NCBI GenBank assembly: GCA_951406725.2
Contig: OX597833.1
Span: 62,434,001 to 62,498,000, forward strand
Reading direction: 5' to 3'
Source of the DNA: Octopus vulgaris
Taxonomy: Eukaryota
Length of the DNA: 64,000 nucleotides
The notes under the pieces are model-generated. The model was not told the DNA's origin and did no database searches. It saw only the letters and a list, made by a program, of their open reading frames with translations. A program made the translations under genes and the position numbers. This document shows positions 37,944 to 52,214 of the stretch, one piece after another. The first letter of the stretch is position 1. The number at the start of each line of letters is the position of its first letter.

Positions 37944-38521
37944 GAAGGAGGTGACAAGCTGGCAGAACCCTTAGCACACTGGACAGAATGCTAAGCAGCA
38001 TTTCTTCTGATGAATGGTTCTGAGTTGAAATACTGCCGAAGACAACTTGGCTTTCCATCCTTCCAGGGTCTATAAAATAAAATACCAGAGCAAGTACTTA
38101 GGGAGATGTAACGGAACTATACAACTCTTCCAAAACTCCAGGCCTTATCCCTATAGTAGAAAGGATTATTATTATTATTATTGTTGTTGTTATCAGTGCC
38201 GTGTGTAGTTTTGTCCCTTGGTTCCAGATCTCACTCCTCATCAGCTTTAATTATTCTCACATATTTTTGATACTCTTCCCTCATTGCAACCTCCTCACTA
38301 TGGAATTCTTCACAGATACAGAATAACCTCCTGAAGATTCTGTAGAATTTAGATTAATTATTGTTAATTCAAAATTGCAGTTCTTCCCCTTTTTTTTTCC
38401 CTTTATAGTCATTATATTTTTTATCATTTTACCCCCCCCCCACATATACATATACACACACAAACAAATATGCATGTATAAGTATATATACACATACTCT
38501 CACACACACACACACACACAT

Positions 38522-38565
<44 letters not shown>

Positions 38566-38567
<2 letters not shown>

Positions 38568-38787
38568 CAAGGTGGTGTTGGAAAATTCTTGGTTTTAGGT
38601 CAAGAAAATACAGGAGGATCAGTTAATCATGATTTTATTGAACATATTCCCCTATCAAATTCATACACTTATTGTGGTGGTCCTTCAGCTTTTTCTAAGC
38701 CTTGGAAAAAAAACTCAGAAGGTTGGGCTTCCAACCAGGCTTTTCACAATGCCCTTAAAACCAGGAACGTTTCATCACTCCTTTGTA
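38566..38787. mobile_element. Tc1/mariner-derived MITE (related copy at 48278-48500; another MITE at 23314-23524)
   Basis: Imperfect TIRs tacaaggtggtgttggaaaattcttgg / ccaggaacgtttcatcactcctttgta; internal sequence shared between the two copies. Confidence 0.6.
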
Positions 38788-38827
38788 CATATATGTGTGT
38801 GAGTGCATATGTATATATATATGTATT

Positions 38828-38865
<38 letters not shown>

Positions 38866-41728
38866 CTATATATATATATATATAGTATTTTTTCATAGCA
38901 TTTTTCCGATGGCCGATTAAATAAAGAGATGGCGGCATGGTTTTCCATCTCAGCATCTGAAATTCGGAGTTTTATCTTGGCTACTGAATAATTGTCACAT
39001 ATTACATTTACAGATAAATTCCTCTATTTACATTCTATTTAAATTCCTGTCTTACCATTTTTATCAATATATATATATATATATATATACATACCGGAGT
39101 AAACACATAAATGTGAAACAAGGTGGAAAAAAGAGTACTCAAATACCAGTGGTAGAGTAATATACTTTATTTAAAGCAGCAGAAAATTCAACAAAACCTG
39201 TTACTCTGAGTTTCACGTTGCTGTACATCAGACAGTTTTTGCTGGAAAAACTGTCCGACGAACGGCAACGTGAAACTCAGAGTAACAGGCTTTGTTGAAT
39301 TTTCTGCTGCTTTAAATAAAGTATATATATATATATATATATGCATTGCACCTTTTTGCCTGTTGGCTCTGGTGTGTGTGTGTGTGTGTTTTTTTTTGTT
39401 AGCTACAATCACTTGTTGAGGGATCTTTTCTGAAAACTGATTCTAAACATCAATGTAATTATGGACCTCTTCTTTCTCGTGTCCACATTCCTTCCTCCTT
39501 CATGATATCTGAGATCTCACCTTCCATGTCTAACGCAAGACTAATCAGATTACCTTAGAGACTGCTGCTTTAATAGAAAGTGGCTTTTTAAATGCTTTTC
39601 AAAAGTTTGTCTTGAAACCAGAGCTTAACGAGGATGGTAATGAAAGAAGGAAAATACAAAGAAAAATAAAATACGCAGTTAAATTGTTAAAGGTGGGCTT
39701 ATTTAAAAACCTTAAAATCTGTTTTCAAGGATTTCATCTTCTTGATACCAACCTGCTTGAAACTGTCCCTGGTTCTATAATTCAAATTTTAGGATTTAAA
39801 GCAATCTAAATTCATATCTTCCATTAAAATTTTGTGTTAATTTATGTACCAAACACCAACTTATTAATGACAAAGTTAATTAAATTCTTCATTGTTTGAA
39901 AATTAATTGAAATGGAGGCAGTGCATATCGAAAGAAATATGATAACAAAAGGGTTCAATAGCAATTAATAGTAATTATTGTTAATTAATAATAATTAATA
40001 AGTGTTTGTGCGTGTGTGTGCATGTATGTATCTATGTGTGTGTATATATATATATATATAAATAAATACATACATATATAAATACATATATAAATAAATA
40101 CATACATATATAAATACATATATATATAAATACATATATATAAATACATACATATAAATACATACACATATATATATATATATATATAAATACATACACA
40201 TATATATATATATAAATACATACATATATATACACATACATATATATATATAAATACATACATATATATATACACACACACACATATATACATACACACA
40301 CACACACATATATATACACACACACGCACATATATATATATAATGTGCATATACACACTTACATGTAGGTGTTTATGTGTTTTATCGGTGTATATATGAA
40401 ATTTATGCTTGCATGTTTCTAGTGAAGTGTGTAGATTCTGTAATATAAGTGCATGTAATTAACAAAGTAATTACTCAATTAAGGCTGTACTGTGGCATCG
40501 CACAGGCCTCTGTGCAGAGAGACAAGCAAGGGCTCCAGAACGGATGTGACTCTGCTCACACACACACACACGCATGCACACGTATGTACATACACTTGTT
40601 ACTAATGGTAACAAGAAATGATTTTGCTTTGCAATTTTTTTTTTTTTTTTAAATGACTTTGTGAAATAAAAATAGAAACCTTAAAATATATTTTACTGCG
40701 AATGAAGAGGAGAGCAGCAACTCCTTTTCAAGAGGTTTTCATATTTAATTTCAGTTGAACAAAATTGCTATTTTTTTTTTTTTTTTTTTTTTACTATCAA
40801 TATATTTAGTTAGAAAATGAAAAAAAAAAACAAGAACCAGAAGAAAAAAAAAGCTTTAAAAAAATTGAAAATAAGAAAAAATGAAGATTAAGAAACAAAT
40901 AAAATAAATATAATTGGAGATCTGGAGTTGTTTATTCTGTGGAAATGGTTTTTTGTGTATGTTGGCGGTGTGCTGGCAGAAACGTTAGCACGTCGGGCGA
41001 AATGCTTAGCGGTATTTCGTCTGCCATTACGTTGTGAGTTCAAATTCCGCCAAGGTCGACTTTACCTTTCATCCTTTCGGGGTCGATAAATTAAGTACCA
41101 GTTACGCACTGGGGTCGATGTAATCGACTTTAATACCTATGTCTGTCCTTGTTTGTCCCTTCTATGTTTAGCCCCTTGTGGGCAGTAAAGAAATGGGTAT
41201 GTTGGGGAGTGGAGTAATGAATAAATGATGGGGAGTGATGAATAATTGTTGAGGATTGATGAATAAACTGATAGGCTGTAATGAATAATTGTGAAGGAGT
41301 AACTGAAGACAGGGTATTGTCATTATGTCCCACCCATGCCAGCAGGGAAGGCGGACGTTAAACGACGAGAACTGAACTATTTCTTAGTTGCGGTAGAGTT
41401 ATTCCCCTTAGAGTTTCTCGGTTACTCCCCTTTTTTATTTTATATTCACAAGAGTATTCTCAGTGTTGTCTCCCTTGGTAGTTGTGATAACGAAAGCAGA
41501 GTTATTTCCCCTGACAATCTATACCTTGTCTTTAATTCATTTACTTGTTTCAGTCATTTGACTGCGGCCATGCTGGAGCGCCGCCTTTAGTTGAGCAAAT
41601 CGACCCCAAGACATATTCTTTGTAAGTCTAGTAATTATTCTATCGGTTTCTTTTGCCGAACTGCTAAGTTACGAGGACGTAAACACACCAACATCGGTTG
41701 CCAAGCGATGCTGGGGGGTACAAACATA

Positions 41729-41771
<43 letters not shown>

Positions 41772-42139
41772 GGGCTTCTTTCAGTTTCCATCTACGAAAT
41801 ACACTCATAAGGCTCGAGGCTGTAGTAGAAGGCACTTGCCTAACGTGCCACACAGTGAGATTGAACCCAGAACCATGTGGTTGGGAGGCAAGCCTCTTAC
41901 CACACAGCCACCACTGCATCTATATGTGTGTATGTGTGTGTGTGTGTGTGTATGTGTGTGTGTGTATATATATACGAAATTTAGATGTTCCAAAGGTATA
42001 GTTGCCCGCATTTCAGTTCAACTTTCTGTAGCAAGTAGATTAAACGTGGATTTCAGTATATTGGCTTTAGAAAACTTTCTTTAGCCCTTGCTTATAAGAT
42101 ATTTATATATATATATATATATATATATACAGAGAGAGA

Positions 42140-43635
42140 GCAAAGAAACAGGTTGGAAGGCCTGGAAGAGGCGGTGTAGCAGGAGAATGTATCAGATGGC
42201 CAAATAGGAAGCTAGGAGACAGGTATATATAAGCCAAGGGAGCAGCAGAAAAGAAGTTAGCTGATGCTCAGTGACGTATGAACCAAAGAACTGAAGTATT
42301 TCGAATTGCAAGACAGTGTGTGAGAGCAAACCATGATTTCATAGGAGAGAAATGAATCTGTATGGATGATGGCCCACTTGCATTTAATGATTCTGCAAAA
42401 AAAGAGGCTTGGAGAAGTCATTATGAAAGACTGCTGAATGGAAGGAGGAGAGTCTGCCAAAGGTTGACCCATTTGAGGGACCAGTTACCCAAATCAACAG
42501 TACTCTGGTAGATAAAGCAATTAAGGATATGAAGACTGAGAAAGAACCTGGCCCATCAGGAATCACTTCTGAGATGCTTAAAATATTGGGTGGTGTGGGT
42601 TATGGTCTTGTCACCCGCATTGTAAATCAGGTGGTTCATCTACAAAGGGCCTCTCCCTCAGAGTGAAAGGCAGATTGTATGATGCCTGTGTGCAAATGGC
42701 TATGCAACATGGCAGTGAAACATAGGCTGTGACAGCTGAGGACATGGGTAGGCTTGAAAGAAACGAAGCCAGTATGTTTCACTGGATGTACAATGTCAGT
42801 GTGCATGTATGACAGAGTGTAATCATCTTGAGACAAAAGTTAGGCATAGGAGGCATCAGATGTGGTGTGCAAGAGAGATGACTGCACTGGTATGGTCATG
42901 TAATGCATATGGATGAGGACGCTGTGTAAAGAAGTGCCAATCTTTAAGAGTGGAGGGAACCTGTAGTACAGGTAGACCCAGGAAGCCATAGGACAAAATG
43001 GTCAAGCATGATCTTCAAACTCTGGGCCTCAAGGAGGCAGTGACTAGTGACCGACATCTTTGGTAATACGCTGTGGTTGAGAAGACCCATGAAGCCAAGT
43101 GAAATCATAGTCATGGCTAATACTGCTGTCACATAACTGGAACCCATGCTGGTGGCACATAAAAGGCACCATTCAAGCATTGGGCCTCATGGAGGCAATG
43201 TGGCTTATGCTGGTGTCACGTAACTGGCACCCATGCTGGTGGCACATAAAGAGCACCTTTTGAGCATTGGGCCTCACAGAAGCAAAGTGGCTGAAGCCGG
43301 TGGCACATGAAAAGCTCCTTTCATGTGTTGGTCCTCATGGAGGCTATGACTGAGACCTTTGGCATTATGTCATGCTTGAGAAGAAGACCCATCAAGCCAA
43401 GTGAAATCGAAGTTGTGGAAGACACCAGTGTCACACAAATGGCACCTTTGCCGGTAGGATATAGAAGCACCCATCACACTCTTGTAGTGGTTAGCTTTAG
43501 GAAGGGCATCCAACTGTAAAAACCATGCCAAATTAGATTGGAGCCTGGTGCAGCTTTCCAGTTTGCCAGCCCAGGTCAAACCATCCAACCCATGCCAGCA
43601 TGGACAATGGACAATAAATGATGATGATGACGATG
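42140..43635 (+). mobile_element. RTE-clade LINE remnant with the RT core deleted; 3' UTR and (GAT)n tail retained
   Basis: EVFRIARQCVR...KEAWRSHYERLLN...VDKAIKDMKTEKEPGPSGITSEMLK joins directly to KGLSLRVKGRLYDACV...HGSET*...LHWYGHVMHMDED, then the ~50-bp repeats and tail shared with many short copies. Confidence 0.85.
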
Positions 43636-43644
43636 ATATATATT

Positions 43645-44000
43645 GGATCATCCCATAAACGATGCAATTTTTTTAATTGCATGAACTAAAAGTCAGAGGG
43701 GCACGGGATAAACTACCTGCATCAACTTGCTATAAAAGCAGGGAGTAATTTTACCTTGTGCTTATTCTTAGTGCAAGTTTTGAAGAGTGCAATTCGATTT
43801 TTACAGTTATTTTTTCAAAGCTATAATGGAAGTGACCAAAGAGCACATTCAGCATATTTTGCTTTGAGTTCAATAAAGGCAACAATGCAATGGAAAGTGT
43901 GAGGAATATTAATGCAGTATATGGGGATCGGATGATAAGCATAAACCAGTGTCAATGGTGGATCCAGAAATTCCGAGCCAGAAACTACAGCCAAGAAGAC
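43645..44000 (+). mobile_element. Mariner transposon 5' fragment (N-terminal HTH)
   Basis: ATG at 43826: MEVTKEHIQHILL/(F)EFNKGNNAMESVRNINAVYGDRMISINQCQWWIQKFRARNYSQED, the mariner HTH pattern; truncated. Confidence 0.75.
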
Positions 44001-44063
44001 GCGCCTCGTCCTGACTGGCCCTTGTGCCGGTGACACATAAAAAGCACTTTCCAAACGTGATTG

Positions 44064-44064
<1 letters not shown>

Positions 44065-44098
<34 letters not shown>

Positions 44099-44735
44099 CA
44101 TTGTGTACAGTGCTCAGGTGCACTACAACTCATCGAAAGTGTATATATAATCAGGTGTAGTTTCGACGGATTTCGGAAAGCATGAGGGCCTTAAAGGATG
44201 CAGTGTCATGGCAGTCAACAACTGACGCAGGCAGTTTATTCCATGCTTCAGCAACTCTGAGCGTGAAAAAATGTTTCCGAAAGTCATGGGAGCTGTGTTG
44301 TTTTCTGACTTTGTAGGCATGTCCACGTGTGTTAGACACATGGAGATCAAAAAGGTGTTCAGTGTTGTTGTTGGTGAGGTGGTTGATAACTTTGTGGGTG
44401 TTTACCAAGTCCGTCGCCAAACGCCGGAGCTTCAGTGAATCCATGCCCAGGGAAACAAGGCGCTCAGAATATGGTAGGTGTCTGATGGAGGGTATGCGTT
44501 TGGTTGCACGTCTCTGGACAAATTCCAGGAGGTCAATGTTCTGTGCAAGATAGGGGTTCCAAACTGATGATGCGAATTCCAAGTGTGGTCGTACCATAGC
44601 TGTATACAGTTTTAAATAGATGGCTGGAGAGCGGCTAACAAAAGACCTGCTGAGTGATGCCAAGACACCCTCGGCCTTCCTGACAATCTTAGAGATATGC
44701 TTTGACCAACGCAAATCACTGCTGACAGTGATGCC
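44065..44735 (-). mobile_element. 5'-truncated CR1/L2-group LINE (ORF2 C-terminus, 44151-44714) with (TTA)n tail
   Basis: LYTAMVRPHLEFASSVWNPY...VQRRATKRIP...YSERLVSLGMDSLKLRR...FFTLRVAEAWNKLP; uninterrupted 187-aa frame; inserted in an RTE-tail repeat. Confidence 0.88.
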
Positions 44736-45924
44736 AGGTCCCCACTACACTCTCAGAGTGGTTGGCTTTAGGAAGGGCATCTAGCTGTAGAAACATTGTT
44801 AGATCAGATTGGAGCCTGGTGCAGCCACTGGTTTTTCAGACCTCAGTCAAACTGTCCAACCCAGTTGGGACAAACACAGACACAAATACACACATGTTTT
44901 TATGTATGTATGTATATACGATGGGCTTCTTACAGTTTCCATCTACCAAATTCACTCACAAGGCTTTGATCGGCCTGAGGCTATAGTAGAAGACACTTGC
45001 CAAAGGTACTACACACTCGATGCAAACGATGATGATGATGATGACATACCTACATACATACGAACATACATGCTCATACATACATACATCCATACACCCA
45101 TGCATGCTCATACATACATCCATCCATACACCCATACAGACACATACACAAACGAGCTTACACACAGTCACACACACAGATAGACACACACACACACACG
45201 CGCATGCACACACAATTCTCTTTTATAAAAACAAGAAAAAGTTGGTCCCAAGTAAATAAATACTCCCAATGCTTTGGAGTGAAATGACTGGTAGGGGAAG
45301 TGAGAGAAGGAGATAAGGGGCACGGGAAGAAAGGGATACTTGGGTGTGTATTCTTACTCCGCTGATGTGTGCAGTCGACCAAAAGGCAGAAGGAACCAAA
45401 CCGTGTTTGCCTCCCTCAAACATGCATCAGATTCTACGCAACGAACACAAAATGGTGTAAGGAATACTTTCATGTTTTGTCTATCACAAAATAAACAACG
45501 GCTATAGAATTATATACACTTCTTTCATACGTAAGCCCACTTTTTTTGTTTTTTTTCTTTAGCCTCATACTTAATCTGTTAGTCTCTTTTACCACACTGC
45601 TAAGTTACAGAAATGTCAACATACCAAAACCAATTATAAACACACACACACATGATGGGATTCTTTCAGTTTCCATCTGGAATATTCATACACAAGGATT
45701 TGGTCAGTACAGATGCTAGTCTGAAATTATTACAGCAAACATAGGCATAGGAGTGGTTGTATGGTATGTAGCTTGCTTACAAACCACATGGTTCCGGATT
45801 CAGTCCCACTGTATGGTACCTTGGGCAAGTGTCTTCTACTATAGCCTCGGGCCGACCAAAGCCTTGTGAGTGGATTTGGTAGATAGAAACTGAAAGAAGC
45901 CCACCGTATATATGTATATATGTG

Positions 45925-45967
<43 letters not shown>

Positions 45968-46115
45968 TAAATTAGAGATAAAACCACTATTTGGCAAATC
46001 AAACAGTGAAAAATATAAACCAAAACAGAAATAAAATTGATTAATATAATATACAAAATGTATAAAAAAATTCAAAATTTAAATTATTTAAAAATTTAAA
46101 ATTATTAATTTATAA

Positions 46116-46159
<44 letters not shown>

Positions 46160-48570
46160 TTGTGTGTCTGTGTCCCCCTCTCCCAATATCGCTTGACAAT
46201 TGATGCGGGTGTGTTTCCACCCCTGTCACTTAATATGTTGGTGTTAGAGTAAAAGAAACACTTACCTCCAGCCACAATGTTCCGGAGACCGATAGAATGA
46301 GTACTTGGCTTACAAAGAATAAGTCCTGGGGGTCGATTTGCTCGACCTAAAGGCAGTGCTCCAGCATGGCCACAGTCAAATGACTGAAACAAGTAAAAGA
46401 GCAAGAGAGTAACCAAATAGTGCCACAGTTAGAAGAAGGGTTGCAGTTAAGAAGATAAGATGTGAGCGAGCTGGCAGAAACGTTAGCATGCCGGGCGAAA
46501 TGCTTATCGATATTCCGTTTAACGCTACGTTCTGAGTTCAAATTCCGCCGAGGTCGATAAATTAAGTACCAGTTACGCACTGGGGTCAATGTAATCGACT
46601 TAATCCCTTTGTCTGTCCTTATTTGTCCCTTCTATGTTTAGCCCCTTGTGGGCAATAAAGAAATAAGATAAGATGTGGAGGAATGCTCAACATGGGCAGA
46701 TAGTGTGCACACACACACCTTCCCCCATACTCACAGGATACAGAATCAAGCCATATATATATGAGTATGATCATAACTTGTACATGAGTTGCAAAGCAGA
46801 GATGACATTTTTTTTACATGTCTCCTCTTTGTTAAATGCAATGCAGAATCATGACAATTACAACTGAAGATAGACATGTATCTCTGTTTTGCAACATCAC
46901 TGACTGCTTAGTCAGTGTTAAACTATACCGGTTTGACAAGATTTCAGTCTAGCATTCCTTGTTTTAGGTGTCTGCTGCTGAAGATGAAAAAAAGATGCTG
47001 AAATCACAAGATAAAACAGTTCTAATACCAGTAGTGACAAATTCATCAGTCAGTATATAATCTGTGCTTTTTAGCATTTGTCATAGTCATGAAATGATTT
47101 TACAGGAAAATTATAGCAGTTTATGGCGTCCAAGTTAAAGTTAACATGGATATACAAATTAATATATATGTATAACAGTTGGTTAGGATCACATCAATTA
47201 TGGTTATTAATTAGTTCAGTAGCTTCTAGCACATGATTAGCAAGCAGAATATTCTGAGAGAACATTAGTAGATTAATTAGTTAATTAATCAATAAATTCT
47301 GTTGTGTCTGGGGAGAGTCATTTTCTTTTTGTGCCTTATGATTTAACACACTCACCGGTAAAATTTCCACTTACTTCTTATTTTTATTTTCCTAAAATTT
47401 TCATTGCGTCTTGCAACCTTTTCAATTTTACCAGTGAGTGTATTAGATTATAAGGCAGAAAAAGAGAATGACTCTCCCCAGACACAACAGAATATGCTTC
47501 AACACACGAAATCATATAAAGAATCTTGCAAACCAAATCCCAAAACGAAATAATTATCATCATCATTTAGCATCCGCTTTCCATGCTAGCATGGGTTGGA
47601 CGGTTCAACTGGGGTCTGGGAAGCCGGAAGGCTGCATCAGGCCCAGTCTGATCTGGCAATGTTTCTACAGCTGGATGCCCTTCCTAATGCCAACCACTCC
47701 ATGAGTGTAGTGGGTGCTTTTTACATGCCACCGGCACAGGTGCCAAACAGGGCTGGCAAACGGCCACGGTCGTATGGTGCTTTTTACGTGCCACTGGCAC
47801 GGGGGTCAGGCGACGCTGGCAATGGCCACGATCGGATGGTGCTTTTTACGTGCCACCGGCATGGAGGCCAGTCGGGGCGGTGCTGGCAACGGCCATGATC
47901 GGATGGTTCGCTTACGTGCCACCGGCACTGGTATCACAGCTGCAATTTCCATTGATGTTGATCAACTTCAATTTTGGTTCTGATTTCCACTTGCCTCAAC
48001 AGGTCTTCACAGGTGGAGTTTTGTGTCCTAATTGGACACAATTAATAATAATCAATTAATAATATTCCATTATTCTGTCACAAAATCTGGAACAGTTTTG
48101 TAAAGACAACAGGTACTTCACAACTCAAATCCAAGAACAAGCATGTTACCCATAGCATGCTGCAAGTCTACACAGGAATCAAGAGAAAGGACAATGACCT
48201 TACTACTGAAACATGTGGCAGTTGAGCTACCATTGTCCATTCTTTTAACTTTGAATACATACATACATGCATGCATACACAAGAGGGACTGGTGAAAAGT
48301 TCCTGGCTTTGGGTAAAAGAAAATAGGGGAGGATCAGTTAGTTATGATTTTATTCAACATATTCCCCTCTCAAACTGACACACTTATTGTAGCAGCCTTT
48401 CAATTTCTTAAGCCCTGTAAAAGAACTTGGAAGGTTGGAACTCCAGCCAGGCCTTTCACAATACCCTTAAAGCCAGGAATTTTCAGCCCCTCACCTTGGA
48501 TATGTGTGTGTGTGTGTATATATATATATAAACATATATATATAAACACACACACACACACATATATATA

Positions 48571-48619
<49 letters not shown>

Positions 48620-48632
48620 ATATATATATATA

Positions 48633-48682
<50 letters not shown>

Positions 48683-48787
48683 CATATATATATATATATT
48701 CCTATGTAGTGAGGCCAGAAATCTTAGTGCACAAAATAACAAAGAAACAGTGTTTGGCAGTTGTAGTGGAAGCATTGTTGTTGTTGT

Positions 48788-48820
<33 letters not shown>

Positions 48821-49314
48821 CAGCAGCAGTAGTAGCAGACAATGCCAAAGTCCGTTTATCAAACATCTAAAATAGGAAAATATGTAGTGAGAATGAGTGT
48901 AAAAATATAAGGAGGAGTGTGTGTATATATTCCTGTGTGTATATATTCGTGTGTGTGTGTAACAAGTTCACAGGGTGGGAGGTCGGATAGTCGGTAGATA
49001 TTATATTGCTTATTTGTGTGTGTGTGTGTGTGCACATATAGGAAGTGAGAACAGGAAGTCGTTGTTCAGGCCTGAGGTAGAGGCATAGAATCCAGCTATG
49101 ACCATCCCATCTGTTTCCACTGTGCAAGGATCATACTTGTCTTTTCTCTATGGTGGTGGGGACGGAATGAGGTCTGATGAAATTATAGCTGCTATTTCTA
49201 GGAGGTTAAGCAACCGTGTACAGATTCCATCAGAGGTTCAACAGAATGGGACATCGGAAGAGTAGACTTTAACCATTGCAGGACTTGTTTATATGTGGGT
49301 GTTTATGCATGTGG

Positions 49315-49346
<32 letters not shown>

Positions 49347-49814
49347 TTTTGTTGTTTTATTCTTTTATTTGTTTCAGTCATTTGACTGTGGCCATGCTGG
49401 AGCACTGCCTTTAGTTGAACAAACGACCCCAGGAATTGTTCTTTGTAAGCCTAGTACTTATTCTATTGGCCTCATTTGCCAAACCGCTAAGTTATGGGGA
49501 CACAAACACACCAGCATAGTTTGTCAAGTGATGTTGGGGGGACAAACACAGACAAACAAATGCATATATATATATATGTATGTATGTATATATGATGGGC
49601 TTCTTACAGTTTCCATCTACCAAATCCACTCACAAGGCTTTGATCGGCCCAAGGCTATAGTAGAAGACACTTGCCAAAGGTACCACACACTCAAACTGAA
49701 CTCAGAACTGAGTGGTTGGTAAGCAAGCTACTTACCACACAGTCACTCCTGTGCCTTACATATACACATGCACATACATACATGTGTGTGTGTGTACATA
49801 TATATATATGTACG

Positions 49815-49841
<27 letters not shown>

Positions 49842-49845
<4 letters not shown>

Positions 49846-50113
49846 ACAATCAAGGAACGGCAATAATAGGCCATTCACCCACTAGAAATAACAGCCAAAG
49901 CTTCAACCGCAAATAAAAGTTAATTCTGTAAACCAGGAGAAAATTTAAAAAAACATTTACCCTGTAAATTTTTAAATTTTTTTTTTTATTTTTTTTTTTT
50001 ATTTTTTTTAATTTTCTCCTGGTTTACAGAATTAACTTTTATTTGCGGTTGAAGCTTTGGCTGTTATTTCTAGTGGGTGAATGGCCTATTATGGCCGTTC
50101 CTTGATTGTTGAT
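49842..50113. repeat. Long near-perfect inverted repeat (~110-bp arms)
   Basis: atcaacaatcaaggaacggc...ccaggagaaaatt versus aattttctcctgg...gccgttccttgattgttgat. Confidence 0.9.
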
Positions 50114-50212
50114 GTTGAACTTAAAAATGGTCTATGACTATTTAATTTTTTTCCTACTAGGCCGCTGGTGGCAAAAGAATTCTACAAAATTTTTTTGCCA
50201 CCCTATATTGAT

Positions 50213-50269
<57 letters not shown>

Positions 50270-50556
50270 ATATGCGTATAGTGACAGAACCGGAAGTTGG
50301 AGTAGACAGTTAAATAAAACAGGTTTTGCGTGCATGTGTGTGTGTGTTGTACGTTTATGTGATGAATGTATTTATGTAAGTACACATATGGATGTCTGCA
50401 TGTAAGTGTGTATGTATATATGTTTGTATGTCTGTACGTATGTGTCTGTGCATATGTATATATGTTTGTGTGTGTTAATGTGAGAGAGATAAGAAATGTA
50501 AAGTTTAAGGGAATATAAACTGAGACCAAGATAACAATAACAACAACAGCAGCAGC

Positions 50557-50588
<32 letters not shown>

Positions 50589-50959
50589 CAGCAGCAACAA
50601 TGACCGAATTGTTCCTAATACTGGAACAAGATTTGAAATTTTAGGGGAGAAGCTTAGGTAACAGAATACATGACTGGTATTTTATTTTATTGATCCCGTA
50701 GGGTAAAAGGCAAAAATTGGCCACGGCAGGATTTGAACTCAGGATGTAAAGTGCCACACCACGCACTGCAGTGCTCTAACCATGCTTCCAATCCCTGACC
50801 CTCACAATGCATCTGTGTATGTGTATCTGCAAATTGTGTACGTATGAAATAGTCAAGCAATTTATGCATGCATGTATGTATATACATGTACATACATAAA
50901 TACATGTGTGTGTGTATATATATATATAAGAAATCCATCAGTGCTGTAGTCAGTGCGGT

Positions 50960-51588
50960 GGGCACATGACAAACACCATCCGATCGTGGCCGTTCGCCAG
51001 CCTCATCTAGCACCTGTGTCGGTGGCACATAAAAACACCATCCGAAGACCCGGCAAGACTAGTCAGGCCATAACATCAAATCAAAACAAATCAAAATAGA
51101 TGAACATCAATGGAATTTGTATCCTTGTGGTACCAGTGCCGGTGGCACGTGGCACACAAGAAAACCATCCGAACGTGGCCGTAGCCAGTACCGCATCGAC
51201 TGGCCTCCGTGCTGTGGGCACGTAACAAGCACCATCCGATCGTGGCCGTTTTGCCAGCCTCATCTGGCACCTGTGTCGGTGGCACATAAAAACACCATCC
51301 GAGCGTGGCCGTCTGCCAGCCTCGTCTGGCACCTGTGTCGGTGGCACATAAAAAACACCATCTGAGCGTGGCCGTTTGCCAGCCTCGTCTGGCACCTGTG
51401 TCGGTGGCACATAAAATCACCCACTACACTCTCGGAGTGGTTGGCGTTAGGAAGGGCATCCAGCTGTAGAAACACTGCCAGATCTGACTGGACTGGTGCA
51501 GCTTTCGGGCTCCCCAGACCCCAGTTGAACCGTCCAACCCATGCTAGCATGGAAAGCGGACGTTAAATGATGATGATGATGATGATGA
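50960..51588 (+). mobile_element. Short RTE-tail repeat, family C (variable ~50-60-bp internal repeats, (GAT)n tail)
   Basis: Shared 3' end CACTACACTCTCGGAGTGGTTGGCGTTAGGAAGGGCATCCAGC...CCATGCTAGCATGGAAAGCGGACGTTAAA(TGA)n. Other copies: 7355-7920, 11020-11478, 11930-12243, 15645-15955, 16950-17243, 31310-31470, 47555-48010(-), 62010-62500, 62757-62925, 63245-63490(-). Confidence 0.85.
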
Positions 51589-52214
51589 TATATGGTGGTT
51601 GTCTACTCCTTATGTAGAGTCTGACCACCTCTTCTACTTACACATTAGAACCATGATGACACCTGATGTGGCTTTTTAAACCAGACCAATGTATTGAAAA
51701 GACAGCCACATAGATTGCATATTTGATTTGGACCACCAAGAGCTGTAGTTAAATTCTGATCTTTGTGTATTTTAAAATGTCTCTTGAGGCCACAGGAGTG
51801 GCTGTGTGGTAAGTAGCTTGCTTATCAACCACATGGTTCCGGGTTCAGTCCCACTGCGTGGCATCTTGGGCAAGTGTCTTCTGCTATAGCCCCGGGTCGA
51901 CCAATGCCTTGTGAGTGGATTTGGTAGACGGAAACTGAAAGAAGCCTGTCGTATATATGTGTGTATATATATATATGTGTGTATATATATATATGTGTGT
52001 GTGTGTTTGTGTTTGTCCCCCTAGCATTGCTTGACAACCGATGCTGGTGTGTTTACGTCCCCGTCACTTAGCGGTTCGGCAAAAGAGACCGATAGAATAA
52101 GTAACTGGACTTACAAAAGAATAAGTCCCGGGGTCGATTTGCTCGACTAAAGGCGGTGCTCAAGCATGGTCGCAGTCAAATGACTGAAATAAGTAAAAGA
52201 GTGTATTTGCAGAC

